DNA of 64,000 bases from a virus: the IMG/VR virus record IMGVR_UViG_3300042907_001269, positions 22,908-86,907 of that record. One strand, written 5' to 3'. Below the pieces are notes generated by a model that saw only the letters and a list, made by a program, of their open reading frames with translations, searched no databases and had not been told where the DNA came from. This document shows positions 1 through 9,716 of the stretch, one piece after another (positions within the stretch are counted from its first letter, which is position 1; every line of letters starts with the position of its first letter). The position numbers were made by a program, and so were the translations under genes.

Positions 1-545
1 CTAAAGTTATTGTAAATTATGATTGTGATGTATTATTAAGACCAGAAACATATCAAAAGTCTTGTGAAATGATTCTAAATCAGTCTTATGATGTAGTTTA
101 TCCCTATGGGTTTGGTATGTTTCAAAAACAAATATTTGCGGATGATGAAATAGTTACTAAATTTATAAATCAAGAATTTGATTTTAGTATTTTAGAACAA
201 AAGTTCAAACCATATCAAGCAGAATATGGGCATGTGCAATTTTTTAACAAAGATTCCTACATTGATGCTGGTATGGAAAATGAAAACTTTGTGTCTTGGT
301 CACCGGAAGACAAAGAAAGATACTTTAGATTTGATAAGATGGGGTATAATGTAGGAAGAATAGACGACTATGTTTACCATCTAGAACATTCCCGAGGTCA
401 AAATTCCAATCATAATAATCCATATTTGCAAAAAAACATGGAACTTTGGAATTATCTAGAAAAATTAAATAAATCTCAACTTGTAAATTATTATCAAAGT
501 CAAAAGTATCTTCGTAAGTATTCTTGTTATAATAATAAAATTTAA
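1..545 (+). CDS. GT-A glycosyltransferase (Glyco_transf_7C-like), 5'-truncated by the window edge
   Basis: The frame of ORF 69..545 is open back to base 3 (KVIVNYDCDVLL, DxD motif). It carries GMENENFVSWSPEDKER and YHLEH motifs typical of GT7-C/GT2 C-terminal domains. Confidence 0.7.
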   Translation, partial: KVIVNYDCDVLLRPETYQKSCEMILNQSYDVVYPYGFGMFQKQIFADDEIVTKFINQEFDFSILEQKFKPYQAEYGHVQFFNKDSYIDAGMENENFVSWSPEDKERYFRFDKMGYNVGRIDDYVYHLEHSRGQNSNHNNPYLQKNMELWNYLEKLNKSQLVNYYQSQKYLRKYSCYNNKI

Positions 546-548
546 AAA

Positions 549-1340
549 ATGGATAAAAATAAATCAGCATATAAACTCAAAAATATGAGTCCAATATATT
601 ATCTAAATCTTGATGGGCAACCAGAAAGAAAGGAATATATGGAGGAGCAATTTAAGTATTGGGATATTGAAAACTATACTCGCATTTCTGCCTATGATGG
701 GAGAGAAGATGATTTGAGTGATATTATTAAGGGTCGTTATCCCGATAATATGACTTCGGGAGAAATTGGATGTACTACTTCCCACCTTAAAGCACTTAAG
801 CATTGGGTGGAAACTTCCGATAGTCCTTATGCGGTTATTATGGAAGACGATGTGGATTTGCAACTTGCAAGGTGTTGGGATTTTACTTGGAATGATTTTA
901 TTTCCAAGGTTCCTTATGATTATGATGTAATTCAACTTGCCATTATTTGTACAGGAGATTTACATGTTAAACTTCATAAAAGATTTGTAAATGATTTTTC
1001 AACTGCCGCATATATAATCACTCGTCATCATGCAGAAAAAATTCTTAAGCATCATGTTCGTGATGATAAGTACAAGTTAGATAATGGAGTAAAGCCAAGA
1101 GCAGTTGCCGATGACTTAATTTATAATTCCGGAAACACTTTTTCAATTCCTTTATTCCTTTATAAGATTGCTCTAGGTTCTTCTATTCATCCAGAGCATA
1201 TTGATGTCTTTCATCGCCAGAGTCATGATGGACTTCTTAATTTCTGGGAGAATCAAGGACCTGATTTAAAGATTGATGATTTAATGAACTATGATCCTTA
1301 TTTGGGCAGAATTACTAATCCTTCTCAACCTCAAAGTTAA
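549..1340 (+). CDS. GT25-family glycosyltransferase
   Basis: Motifs YYLNLD..PERKEYM, RISAYDG, EIGCTTSHLKA and VIMEDD. Confidence 0.8.
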   Translation: MDKNKSAYKLKNMSPIYYLNLDGQPERKEYMEEQFKYWDIENYTRISAYDGREDDLSDIIKGRYPDNMTSGEIGCTTSHLKALKHWVETSDSPYAVIMEDDVDLQLARCWDFTWNDFISKVPYDYDVIQLAIICTGDLHVKLHKRFVNDFSTAAYIITRHHAEKILKHHVRDDKYKLDNGVKPRAVADDLIYNSGNTFSIPLFLYKIALGSSIHPEHIDVFHRQSHDGLLNFWENQGPDLKIDDLMNYDPYLGRITNPSQPQS

Positions 1341-1360
1341 AGTTTTCTGACCTAGGGTGC

Positions 1361-1389
1361 TTGACAAGACCTCTTTCCTCATATATAAT
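1361..1389 (+). promoter_or_regulatory. sigma70-type promoter of the hli cluster
   Basis: Perfect TTGACA(1361-1366)-N17-TATAAT(1384-1389). Confidence 0.85.
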
Positions 1390-1415
1390 ATGTTACAGTT
1401 CTTAATAAAACTACA

Positions 1416-1625
1416 ATGACCGTTACGACTAATGAATTTGGGCAACAGAATATGTTTGCCAAAGAACCCGAAATGTATGTGTCTCAGTCCGACGCAGAGC
1501 GTTATGCACTTGAGACTCACGCAGAAAGGGCAGAGCGACTGAATGGACGCACTGCGATGCTGGGCTTCGTTGCAGCACTTATTTCTTATGCACTCACAGG
1601 GCACCTCTTCTTTGGTGTAATCTGA
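1416..1625 (+). CDS. hli: high-light inducible protein (long phage form)
   Basis: AERLNGRTAMLGF chlorophyll-binding motif, TGHLFFGVI end, and MTVTTNEFGQQNMFAKEP extension. Confidence 0.93.
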   Translation: MTVTTNEFGQQNMFAKEPEMYVSQSDAERYALETHAERAERLNGRTAMLGFVAALISYALTGHLFFGVI

Positions 1626-1711
1626 TGGGCGAACTCATTTTTACTGTAACAAGTATTTCTTTCTTTGTGCTTCTGGCGCATTCTATCAATCAACTTTCTG
1701 AAACTTATTAA
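1625..1711 (+). CDS. small hydrophobic hypothetical protein (28 aa)
   Basis: TGATG overlap with the hli stop; MGELIFTVTSISFFVLLAHSINQLSETY. Not in the ORF track. Confidence 0.5.
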   Translation: MGELIFTVTSISFFVLLAHSINQLSETY

Positions 1712-1722
1712 GGAGAAAAAAA

Positions 1723-1833
1723 ATGTTTAACGAAAAGGTTGAGCGTATTAATGGTTGGTTTGCGATGATCGGTATCGTCGCTGCCTTTGGTGCCTATGCA
1801 CTGACTGGACAAATTATCCCCGGAGTATGGTGA
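1723..1833 (+). CDS. hli: high-light inducible protein (short form, 36 aa)
   Basis: MFNEKVERINGWFAMIGIVAAFGAYALTGQIIPGVW (ExxNGxxAMxG and TGQIIPG motifs), with an AAGGAG RBS. Not in the ORF track. Confidence 0.92.
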   Translation: MFNEKVERINGWFAMIGIVAAFGAYALTGQIIPGVW

Positions 1834-1924
1834 GTTCTGATATTGTCGCAATATTTTGTGGATTTTTTATATCCACAATCGCACTTAATATATTGAAACT
1901 CACATTAAAAAAATAATTATATCA

Positions 1925-1961
1925 ATCCTTCTCTCTAAATACGGAGAGAAGGATTTTTTTT
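1925..1961 (+). terminator. rho-independent terminator with a late-promoter core (TAAATA) in the loop
   Basis: ATCCTTCTCTC-TAAATACG-GAGAGAAGGAT followed by a T run. Confidence 0.75.
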
Positions 1962-2123
1962 ATGCCAAGGGGACAATTAACAAAGGATGAGATAAAGTAT
2001 CAGGTATTGAAGTTAAAGCAGAAACTTCAAAATGAGCATATCGGATATACGTCTGATCCTAAATCACTTGCCGATCAATATCTGAATATGGTTCTGGATA
2101 AGATTAATGAATATGCCCGCTGA
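1962..2123 (+). CDS. small hypothetical protein (53 aa)
   Basis: MPRGQLTKDEIKYQVLKLK...LDKINEYAR, downstream of TAAATA. Confidence 0.6.
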   Translation: MPRGQLTKDEIKYQVLKLKQKLQNEHIGYTSDPKSLADQYLNMVLDKINEYAR

Positions 2124-2167
2124 CAAAGGGTTCTATTTATACTGTGCCACTTAGGTAATTGGACCTA

Positions 2168-2196
2168 TTGACAGGATTTCCTAACAGTGTTATTAT
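2168..2196 (+). promoter_or_regulatory. sigma70-type psbA promoter
   Basis: TTGACA(2168-2173)-N17-TATTAT(2191-2196) with an extended -10 TG. Confidence 0.8.
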
Positions 2197-2242
2197 ATAT
2201 ACATACACGGGTTAAGAAACGTAACAATTCTGAAACCCAGTG

Positions 2243-2340
2243 TCTTCTCCAACCGGGATCAAGAGAAGTAAAGCATCCCTCATACCCACGATGGAGGGTG
2301 TCGTGGGAATACTTGTAACTATTCAGTCCCCCTGAATCAT
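2243..2340 (+). ncRNA. structured psbA 5' leader, PhotoRC-II-like motif
   Basis: Hairpins CTTCTC/GAGAAG, CCCACGA(2285-2291)/TCGTGGG(2301-2307) and ATTCAG/CTGAAT. Loop GAGGG can pair with upstream CCCTC (2277-2281), forming a pseudoknot. Its position upstream of a phage psbA fits PhotoRC-II. The family call is from memory. Confidence 0.55.
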
Positions 2341-2359
2341 ACTTACCCTTTTAAAACAA

Positions 2360-3109
2360 ATGACTGCTACAATTGCTCAACAACGTTCCACAAATACCTG
2401 GAACCAATTCTGTGAGTGGGTTACTTCCACTAACAATCGTCTGTATGTTGGTTGGTTCGGAGTCCTTATGATTCCTTGCCTACTTGCTGCTACGACTTGC
2501 TTCATTATCGCTTTCGTCGGTGCTCCTCCTGTGGACATTGACGGCATTCGTGAACCCGTTGCTGGTTCTCTAATGTACGGAAACAACATCATCTCTGGTG
2601 CCGTTGTTCCTTCTTCTAATGCTATCGGACTTCACTTCTATCCTATCTGGGAAGCTGCTTCACTTGATGAATGGCTTTATAACGGTGGACCTTTCCAACT
2701 CGTTGTATTCCACTTCCTCATCGGCATCTATGCTTATATGGGACGTGAATGGGAACTCTCTTACCGTCTAGGTATGCGTCCTTGGATCTGTGTTGCTTAT
2801 TCAGCACCTGTTGCTGCTGCTTCTGCTGTATTCCTGGTCTATCCTTTCGGTCAAGGTTCTTTCTCTGATGCAATGCCTCTGGGTATCTCTGGAACCTTCA
2901 ACTACATGCTTGTCTTCCAGGCAGAACACAATATCCTGATGCACCCCTTCCATATGCTTGGTGTTGCTGGTGTCTTCGGTGGTTCACTGTTCTCTGCGAT
3001 GCACGGTTCACTGGTGACTTCTTCACTGGTTCGTGAAACTACTGAAACTGAATCGCAGAATTATGGTTATAAGTTCGGTCAAGAAGAAGAGACCTATAAC
3101 ATCGTGGCT
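2360..3109 (+). CDS. psbA: photosystem II D1 protein, exon 1 (codons 1-250)
   Basis: Unambiguous D1 sequence ([33 protein letters not shown]) ending ETYNIVA. Glu130 form. Confidence 0.98.
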
Positions 3110-3648
<539 letters not shown>

Positions 3649-3674
3649 TATAATCACTAAATTGTGATATAATG

Positions 3675-3708
3675 AAGAGACCTGTAAAGGTCTCTTTTTT
3701 TATAAATA
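3675..3708 (+). terminator. psbA terminator immediately followed by a T4 late promoter TATAAATA (3701-3708)
   Basis: AAGAGACC-TGTAAA-GGTCTCTT plus a T run, then TATAAATA. A sigma70-like TTGATA-N17-TATAAT also lies at 3645-3673. Confidence 0.75.
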
Positions 3709-3717
3709 ATAATATCC

Positions 3718-4347
3718 GTGAGCAGACCACAAATGAATGTAAGATATACTGATAAGGATAGGGAGATTTGGAAGCAAATGTATTTGTCTGGTTTATCCTC
3801 CCACGAGATTGGAAGACAACTAAACATACCAAGAGTTTCTGTATATAAGTATCTTAAAACAATTGGCATAACAAGAAACTTTTCTGAATGGCAAATAGGT
3901 AAAGAACCTTGGAATAAAGGAAAGAAAACAGGTCAAAAAGTTTGGAATAAAGGATTAACCAAAGAAACTGATGAAAGAGTCAAAAAATATGGAGAAAAAA
4001 TAAAGGGCAATAATTGTCAAAACCCTTGGAAAGAAAGATATTTTGATACTGATTATTTGTATTTGGTTATTGTTTATCTTGAAGGTAAACTGGTTTATAA
4101 GGTTGGTAGAAGTTTCAATAAATTAGCAAATCACACCAAAAATAAATTACATAGTGTAATTAAAATATGGAAAGGAATTCATTATCAAGTTCATCATCTT
4201 GAAAAGTTCATCCATCAAAAATACCAAGATTATAAAATTGATTTTGAGACCACGGACAGTGGATATACGGAGTGTTATGTGGTAGAATTACCCATAACTG
4301 AAATCATTAACCTTACAGAAAAAACATTAAAACATTATGATTACTAA
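3718..4347 (+). CDS. putative free-standing homing endonuclease (N-terminal HTH, NUMOD3-like repeats, C-terminal GIY-YIG/T5orf172-like domain)
   Basis: HTH-like GLSSHEIGRQLNIPRVSVYKYL; PWNKGKK and VWNKGLTK repeats; YLYLV..YKVGRS...LEKFIH...GYTECY. Located directly after psbA. Confidence 0.7.
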   Translation: MSRPQMNVRYTDKDREIWKQMYLSGLSSHEIGRQLNIPRVSVYKYLKTIGITRNFSEWQIGKEPWNKGKKTGQKVWNKGLTKETDERVKKYGEKIKGNNCQNPWKERYFDTDYLYLVIVYLEGKLVYKVGRSFNKLANHTKNKLHSVIKIWKGIHYQVHHLEKFIHQKYQDYKIDFETTDSGYTECYVVELPITEIINLTEKTLKHYDY

Positions 4348-4492
4348 AGAAGGATTTATTGAGGCAACCAATCTAGCACCTGAAAACGCAGAAAAAATTT
4401 ATCAAGAACTTAATGATAGGTTTAATGGGGATTGGGATAAAGCATCTGACTACCTTAAAGATTTGGTTGCATACTTACAAAAGCACCAATAA
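4337..4492 (+). CDS. hypothetical protein (51 aa)
   Basis: Open frame MITKEGFIEATNLAPENAEK..., overlapping the previous stop. Confidence 0.5.
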   Translation: MITKEGFIEATNLAPENAEKIYQELNDRFNGDWDKASDYLKDLVAYLQKHQ

Positions 4493-4584
4493 AATGCTCC
4501 TCATCCTCCTGCTCTTCCAGTTATTTGGATTGTTCCTTTTCATAATGTCTCTGCTATAATACATACAACAGTTACTTCTTACTA

Positions 4585-4746
4585 ATGAAAGACCTATCAC
4601 TTTCCGAAGAGCAAATTAAACTTCTTGCGGATGCTCTTTGGATGCGTCAAAGATGCTTTATCGCAGGAGACAAAAGATTCAAAGAATATGGTGCGATGTT
4701 AGATACACTTCTTGAAGGAATTGAATACACTCCAAAAAGATTCTGA
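4585..4746 (+). CDS. hypothetical protein (53 aa)
   Basis: MKDLSLSEEQIKLLADALWMRQRCFIAGDKRF..., downstream of TGCTATAAT. Confidence 0.55.
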   Translation: MKDLSLSEEQIKLLADALWMRQRCFIAGDKRFKEYGAMLDTLLEGIEYTPKRF

Positions 4747-4748
4747 AT

Positions 4749-5453
4749 ATGACTTACGATACAGTCTTCATATCTGATGTTCACTTGGGAACTCCGCGAT
4801 GTAATACTGAAAAGTTTCTCAAGTTTCTGAAAGAACTCAAAACCAAAAAGTTAGTTCTGGTAGGTGATATTATAGACATCTACTGTATGGAAAAATATAA
4901 TACTCGTTGGAAAAAAGAGCACACCGAATGTGTTCATCAGATTCTCAATCTCGCAAAGAAAGGAACCGAGATTGTTTATATTCTTGGAAATCACGAAGGA
5001 ATGATTCGTCGTTATACTGATTTTGAACACAAGAACTTTAAGATGGTTGATGAATATACGCACAAGGATTCAAAGGGAAATAAGTTTCTTTGTATTCACG
5101 GAGATAAGTATTCTGAGTATTCTTCTGGGTCTTGGAAACAACTCATCTTTAATAAAGGATATGAATTCATTACACCACTCAGTTTATTTTTTGAGAGGTT
5201 CTTCCGTTTCTCTTTGGTTTATGCTTTGAAGAATAGTGTGCGTGGTAAGAACTATATCAATCAATATGAGACTGATATTGCTTCTTATTGTGCTCAAAGA
5301 GATAAGAAATATTCTGGTGTAATCTGCGGACACATACATTCGGCAAATATTCGCAATTTTGGCAAAATCACTTATATGTGTTGTGGAGATTTTGTGGATA
5401 CTTGTTCTGCCATCTTAGAAAAGAACGGTGTATATTGTTTGGAAAAGTACTGA
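4749..5453 (+). CDS. calcineurin-like metallophosphoesterase (LpxH / UDP-2,3-diacylglucosamine hydrolase-like)
   Basis: Motifs FISDVHLG, LVGDIID, LGNHE, IHGD and ICGHIH. Confidence 0.85.
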   Translation: MTYDTVFISDVHLGTPRCNTEKFLKFLKELKTKKLVLVGDIIDIYCMEKYNTRWKKEHTECVHQILNLAKKGTEIVYILGNHEGMIRRYTDFEHKNFKMVDEYTHKDSKGNKFLCIHGDKYSEYSSGSWKQLIFNKGYEFITPLSLFFERFFRFSLVYALKNSVRGKNYINQYETDIASYCAQRDKKYSGVICGHIHSANIRNFGKITYMCCGDFVDTCSAILEKNGVYCLEKY

Positions 5454-5584
5454 TGATATCCTCAACAACTCCATATAAACTCGCAGAGATTATTCAAGAT
5501 ACTTGGCCTGGACTTTACAGACCTGTACAAGACCGTAAGGATTTTCCAACAAACACTTCCACCACAGATAAAAAAGTGGTATAA
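5453..5584 (+). CDS. small hypothetical protein (43 aa)
   Basis: TGATG coupling; MISSTTPYKLAEIIQDTWPGLYRP. Confidence 0.5.
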   Translation: MISSTTPYKLAEIIQDTWPGLYRPVQDRKDFPTNTSTTDKKVV

Positions 5585-5608
5585 TTACTCATAGTCACTA
5601 CAACTTTT

Positions 5609-5899
5609 ATGACTTTTAATGTTACTCTTCGTTCCGCCGATGGAACCGAACAAACTATTCAATGTCCCGCAGACCAATATATTCTAGAAGCAGCAGATGA
5701 GGCAGGAATTGATCTTCCTTTCTCTTGTAAGGCAGGTGCCTGCTCTGCCTGTGCCGGTAAGGTTGTCTCTGGTGAGATTGATAATGAAGACCAATCTTTC
5801 CTTGATGATGACCAAATGGCAGATGGATGGGCACTTCTTTGTGTGGCATATCCCAAGTCTGATTGTGTCATTCTTACCGAACAGGAGGAGAACCTGTGA
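5609..5899 (+). CDS. petF: plant-type [2Fe-2S] ferredoxin
   Basis: [17 protein letters not shown]...QSFLDDDQ...[10 protein letters not shown]. Confidence 0.95.
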   Translation: MTFNVTLRSADGTEQTIQCPADQYILEAADEAGIDLPFSCKAGACSACAGKVVSGEIDNEDQSFLDDDQMADGWALLCVAYPKSDCVILTEQEENL

Positions 5900-6141
5900 G
5901 TTCCGAAATGCTCGGACAACTTGCCGTTGCCATTCAAAATCTTGGATGGGAACCAACGGATGAGATTGTAGTACAAGTCGGTGGTGTTGCCGCAACTGGC
6001 ACTGAAACAAATCCCGATGCAAATCCAAAATGGGCAAAACCTTATGGTACTGTCACATATCAAAACGATGCTTTTATTGTGATTAAGAATGTAAATCGCA
6101 ATCCTGTAGTACCTTCGCAACCAAATAATGAAAAAGTATAA
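5896..6141 (+). CDS. hypothetical protein
   Basis: Open frame. The probable start is the GTG overlapping the petF stop. Confidence 0.55.
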   Translation: MSSEMLGQLAVAIQNLGWEPTDEIVVQVGGVAATGTETNPDANPKWAKPYGTVTYQNDAFIVIKNVNRNPVVPSQPNNEKV

Positions 6142-6448
6142 TAGTGAAGAATATTTTTCAGTGATTGATAAAAGAACTGGAAGAAAAATTGTAGATTGTG
6201 CCGAGTGGTCAGATGCAATGTTGATGTTTGATTTTGACCCACATAATCGACAAATCACAAGGAATAAGTTTCTGATGGGTCAAGTAATTGATGTAGAAAT
6301 GCCTAAAGCACTTCCAACAAATGAGATAGTTCAAGGTGGTGTTGGTAGTTCTTATGATATTCCAACTGCAACTGGTGCCAATGGACCTGGAGAACCATTG
6401 CCACAAATCAAACTACCAGAAAGACAACAAGAACCTTTTGTTGTATGA
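6128..6448 (+). CDS. hypothetical protein
   Basis: 106-aa ORF in operon arrangement. Confidence 0.6.
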   Translation: MKKYNSEEYFSVIDKRTGRKIVDCAEWSDAMLMFDFDPHNRQITRNKFLMGQVIDVEMPKALPTNEIVQGGVGSSYDIPTATGANGPGEPLPQIKLPERQQEPFVV

Positions 6449-6580
6449 ATCTACTTAACTTTTTTGAGAGAGACTCTGACATCACTTACTATGATGAGTT
6501 TCATTACATTTATATTACACTCAAAGAACTCGTAGAAGTTATAAGAACAAAGAATAAATAATCATAAGTTGCAAATACTT

Positions 6581-6952
6581 ATGGTTCCTCTACACTCGTT
6601 TAAGGACTATCTGTTTAATCTAGAAACGACCAGTAAAGCAGAAGCAAAACGAATGTGGAGGAAAAATATAAAAGAGCAATGGGAACACAAGTGTGCCTAT
6701 TGTGATTCGGAAGAGAATATCACGCTGGACCACATCATTCCGCAATGTAAGGGTGGACTTGATGTAAAGACGAATGTAATTTCCTGTTGTCATTCCTGCA
6801 ATCAATCCAAGGGGCACGAGCACTGGAAACTATGGTATGTCCAGCAAGATTTTTATAGTGAAGAGAGATTTGATAAAATACAAGAATGGATGAAACCAGA
6901 GGCACCAACAAATCTATATTCTTATCGCCCAAGACGTAATAATATTTCTTGA
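6581..6952 (+). CDS. HNH endonuclease (McrA-like zinc finger)
   Basis: CAYC...TLDHIIPQCKGG...NVISCCHSCNQSKG. Confidence 0.85.
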   Translation: MVPLHSFKDYLFNLETTSKAEAKRMWRKNIKEQWEHKCAYCDSEENITLDHIIPQCKGGLDVKTNVISCCHSCNQSKGHEHWKLWYVQQDFYSEERFDKIQEWMKPEAPTNLYSYRPRRNNIS

Positions 6953-7007
6953 ATAAATAAATCAAGGCAATATATATTGCTTTTTTGGTAAATACCGAAT
7001 GTAATAA

Positions 7008-9362
7008 ATGGCAACTCCGATTCGTATTAAAAGGTCTGCTGTACCCGGCAAAAGACCTGCGGTTTCTGATTTAAGAACAGGTGAATTAGCTTTAAATACG
7101 TTTGATGCAGAAGTCTATACTTTAAGAGATAGATTTTCGCAGACTGGAATTTCTACGGAAGTTGTTAGACTCGGTGCGGGTGCAACAGTTACTAATATTT
7201 TATATGTCACAAAAGACGGAAACGATACGAACACAGGAAAAAAACTCGGAGACGCAAAAGCAACTGTTGGAGCAGCCCTCTCAATCGCAACAGAAGGATC
7301 CGTTATTAGAGTTGCTTCTGGATCTTATATAGAAAATAATCCTTTAGTTTTGTCAAAACAGGTCTCAATTGTTGGAGATAGTTTAAGAGAAGTATCAATA
7401 TCTCCACAAAATTCAAATCAAGATTTATTTCACGTTACAGAAGGAAATTATGTAACGGAAATGTCTTATACAGGATCTTTGAATCCTGGTAAGGCAGTTT
7501 TTGCTTTTAATCCAAATACGATTGGATTTTCAAGTCAGTCGGCATATATTCGTAACTGTACTAATTTCATTCCAAATAGTATTGGAATGAAAATTGATGG
7601 TAATGATGCCATAGGTCCAACTAGGAGTATGGTTACGGATTCCTTCACTCAATATAATCAGGGTGGAATTGGAGTTTCAATCACAAATGGGGGGTATGCT
7701 CAGTTAGTTTCTCTCTTTACAATTTGTAATGACATAGCGGTTTATTGTGGATCTGGTGGTGCTTGTGATCTTACAAACTCAAACTCATCTTTTGGAAACT
7801 ATGCTCTTGTTGCTGATGGTGTTGGAGCAAAAAAATATACGGGAATAGTCACAAGTGCTGCAGCAGAAAATGCTGATACTTTTGTTCTTGATTTAAATGT
7901 ACCAACTTTAAATATAGTAAATGCTCTTTATGATAATACGACGGGACTTTTAACTGCCTATACTGATAGTGCTCATAAGTTCTCGGTTGGTATGGGTATT
8001 TCTCTTTCTGGACTTGAATTTAGTTGCCCTTCTGGTCCCGGAATTGTTACATACCCAAGCGGAAAAAAGGGATATATATTTGAAACAAAAACTGTTGCTC
8101 CGGGAAGATATGTTGATTCGTATAATTTAATTCGGGCAAATAGACAAGAAATTATTGATAGTTCTTATAATCAAATAACCACACAATTCCCATCTTTTGT
8201 AAATCCAAGTCCAGATAAGTGTAAGAGAGATATTGGATATATTGTAGATGCCGTATCACTAGATGTAAGAGATTTTACAAGTGAAAACTCTATTGAAGCA
8301 ACAAAAGCTTATTTTGGAGAAAATGGTCTTCCCTTAAATAATGGTCTTGTTGGAGAAGAGATACAAACAATAGTTGGATTTACTTCTGCCAGAGAACTAA
8401 TGAAACTGGCAATTACTAATAATCTAACAGTTAAAGACTTGAATGTTGTTGCGGATCCACTCACCGGAAGTAATACGAGTCCTGCTTCTTGTGCCGATGT
8501 TCGGTCTTTTATTGATAATCTTGTCGGAATTATTACGACTAGTATTGGTGCCGGGAATATCCTTTCACTTCCACAAGTGTCTATGGCAAGTACGGTGTTT
8601 ACTTGTAATGTTGGAGTTTCTACATTACCTCATACTTATGTAGGTAGCGGCACGGCAAAAATTAATGTCATAAGACCCTTTGATGGTCAGGTCGTATATT
8701 TTAACAAACTTTACTATACAGTAGGAAAGATATTAATAACTAATGGTGGATCTGGATATTCTCTTTCTCCGGAAATTACTATATCTGATCCAGAAACTGA
8801 TTTTGGAGTTGTTGCACAGGCAGTTGCGGAAGTTAAAGATGGTACTGTTGTTGCAATTGATATGGTTTCTACGGGTAGAGGATATACTTATACACCAACA
8901 GTCACATTAACCGGTCCTGAAGTTGGAATAAATACAGCAGTAGCGGTTCCTTTAATGGTTCCAACTTATTATTCAATATTAAGTTCTACTCCAATTTCTG
9001 CCGGTATTTGTACTATTACGGTAAATGATAATGTTCCTTATGAGGTTGGAATTGGAACACAGGTTCCATTTTTTAAACAGAGTCGTATTTTGGCATCAGG
9101 GCATTCTTTGGAATATATTGGTTCTGGTACAAATATTGACACTGCTCTTCCCTCATTAGGTGGGGTTCCAATTCAAGAGAATGAGACCGATGTTCGTAAT
9201 GGTGGATTGGTTGTATTCACGAGTACGGACCAATCAGGAAACTTTAGAATTGGTGATGGCGTTGTAATTGATCAGCAGACGGGTACTATATCTGGTACAT
9301 TTTATTCTAAGAGTTTATTTTCTACCATTACACCATTTATTCTAGCACTAGGAGGAGATTAA
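7008..9362 (+). CDS. virion structural / tail-fibre-associated protein
   Basis: N-terminal PIRIKRSAVPGKRP..GELALN anchor motif, a beta-helix-like LYVTKDGNDTN region and GSGY repeats. Late TAAATA motifs upstream at 6954 and 6989. Confidence 0.7.
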   Translation: MATPIRIKRSAVPGKRPAVSDLRTGELALNTFDAEVYTLRDRFSQTGISTEVVRLGAGATVTNILYVTKDGNDTNTGKKLGDAKATVGAALSIATEGSVIRVASGSYIENNPLVLSKQVSIVGDSLREVSISPQNSNQDLFHVTEGNYVTEMSYTGSLNPGKAVFAFNPNTIGFSSQSAYIRNCTNFIPNSIGMKIDGNDAIGPTRSMVTDSFTQYNQGGIGVSITNGGYAQLVSLFTICNDIAVYCGSGGACDLTNSNSSFGNYALVADGVGAKKYTGIVTSAAAENADTFVLDLNVPTLNIVNALYDNTTGLLTAYTDSAHKFSVGMGISLSGLEFSCPSGPGIVTYPSGKKGYIFETKTVAPGRYVDSYNLIRANRQEIIDSSYNQITTQFPSFVNPSPDKCKRDIGYIVDAVSLDVRDFTSENSIEATKAYFGENGLPLNNGLVGEEIQTIVGFTSARELMKLAITNNLTVKDLNVVADPLTGSNTSPASCADVRSFIDNLVGIITTSIGAGNILSLPQVSMASTVFTCNVGVSTLPHTYVGSGTAKINVIRPFDGQVVYFNKLYYTVGKILITNGGSGYSLSPEITISDPETDFGVVAQAVAEVKDGTVVAIDMVSTGRGYTYTPTVTLTGPEVGINTAVAVPLMVPTYYSILSSTPISAGICTITVNDNVPYEVGIGTQVPFFKQSRILASGHSLEYIGSGTNIDTALPSLGGVPIQENETDVRNGGLVVFTSTDQSGNFRIGDGVVIDQQTGTISGTFYSKSLFSTITPFILALGGD

Positions 9363-9365
9363 ATA

Positions 9366-9713
9366 ATGGCATTAGCACTTAATGTATTCAAGACGATTAC
9401 TACTGTTGGTAATACTAATAATGTCGGCATTTATACTGCTCCAGTTGGATATACTGGAGTTGTACTTCTAGCACAGGCAACGAATATTGGAGCACAAACA
9501 CAAACAGTTTCATTCGCACATCAAAGAACCAATAAAAGAACAGGAATTGCGGTTACAACTGAAATTATTTTATCTTATCCTATCTCTGGAAATGATACGG
9601 CAAATTTGTTAGCAGGAAAGTTAGTTCTGGAATCAAGTGATGTCCTTAGATTTTCCGCAAGTAATAATACTGATATTAAGTTCATAGCAAGCATTCTAGA
9701 AACTCTTAACTAA
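9366..9713 (+). CDS. small structural / fibre-associated protein
   Basis: IYTAPVGYTGVVLLAQATN...KLVLESSD...SILET; lies between fibre genes. Confidence 0.6.
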   Translation: MALALNVFKTITTVGNTNNVGIYTAPVGYTGVVLLAQATNIGAQTQTVSFAHQRTNKRTGIAVTTEIILSYPISGNDTANLLAGKLVLESSDVLRFSASNNTDIKFIASILETLN

Positions 9714-9716
9714 CAA

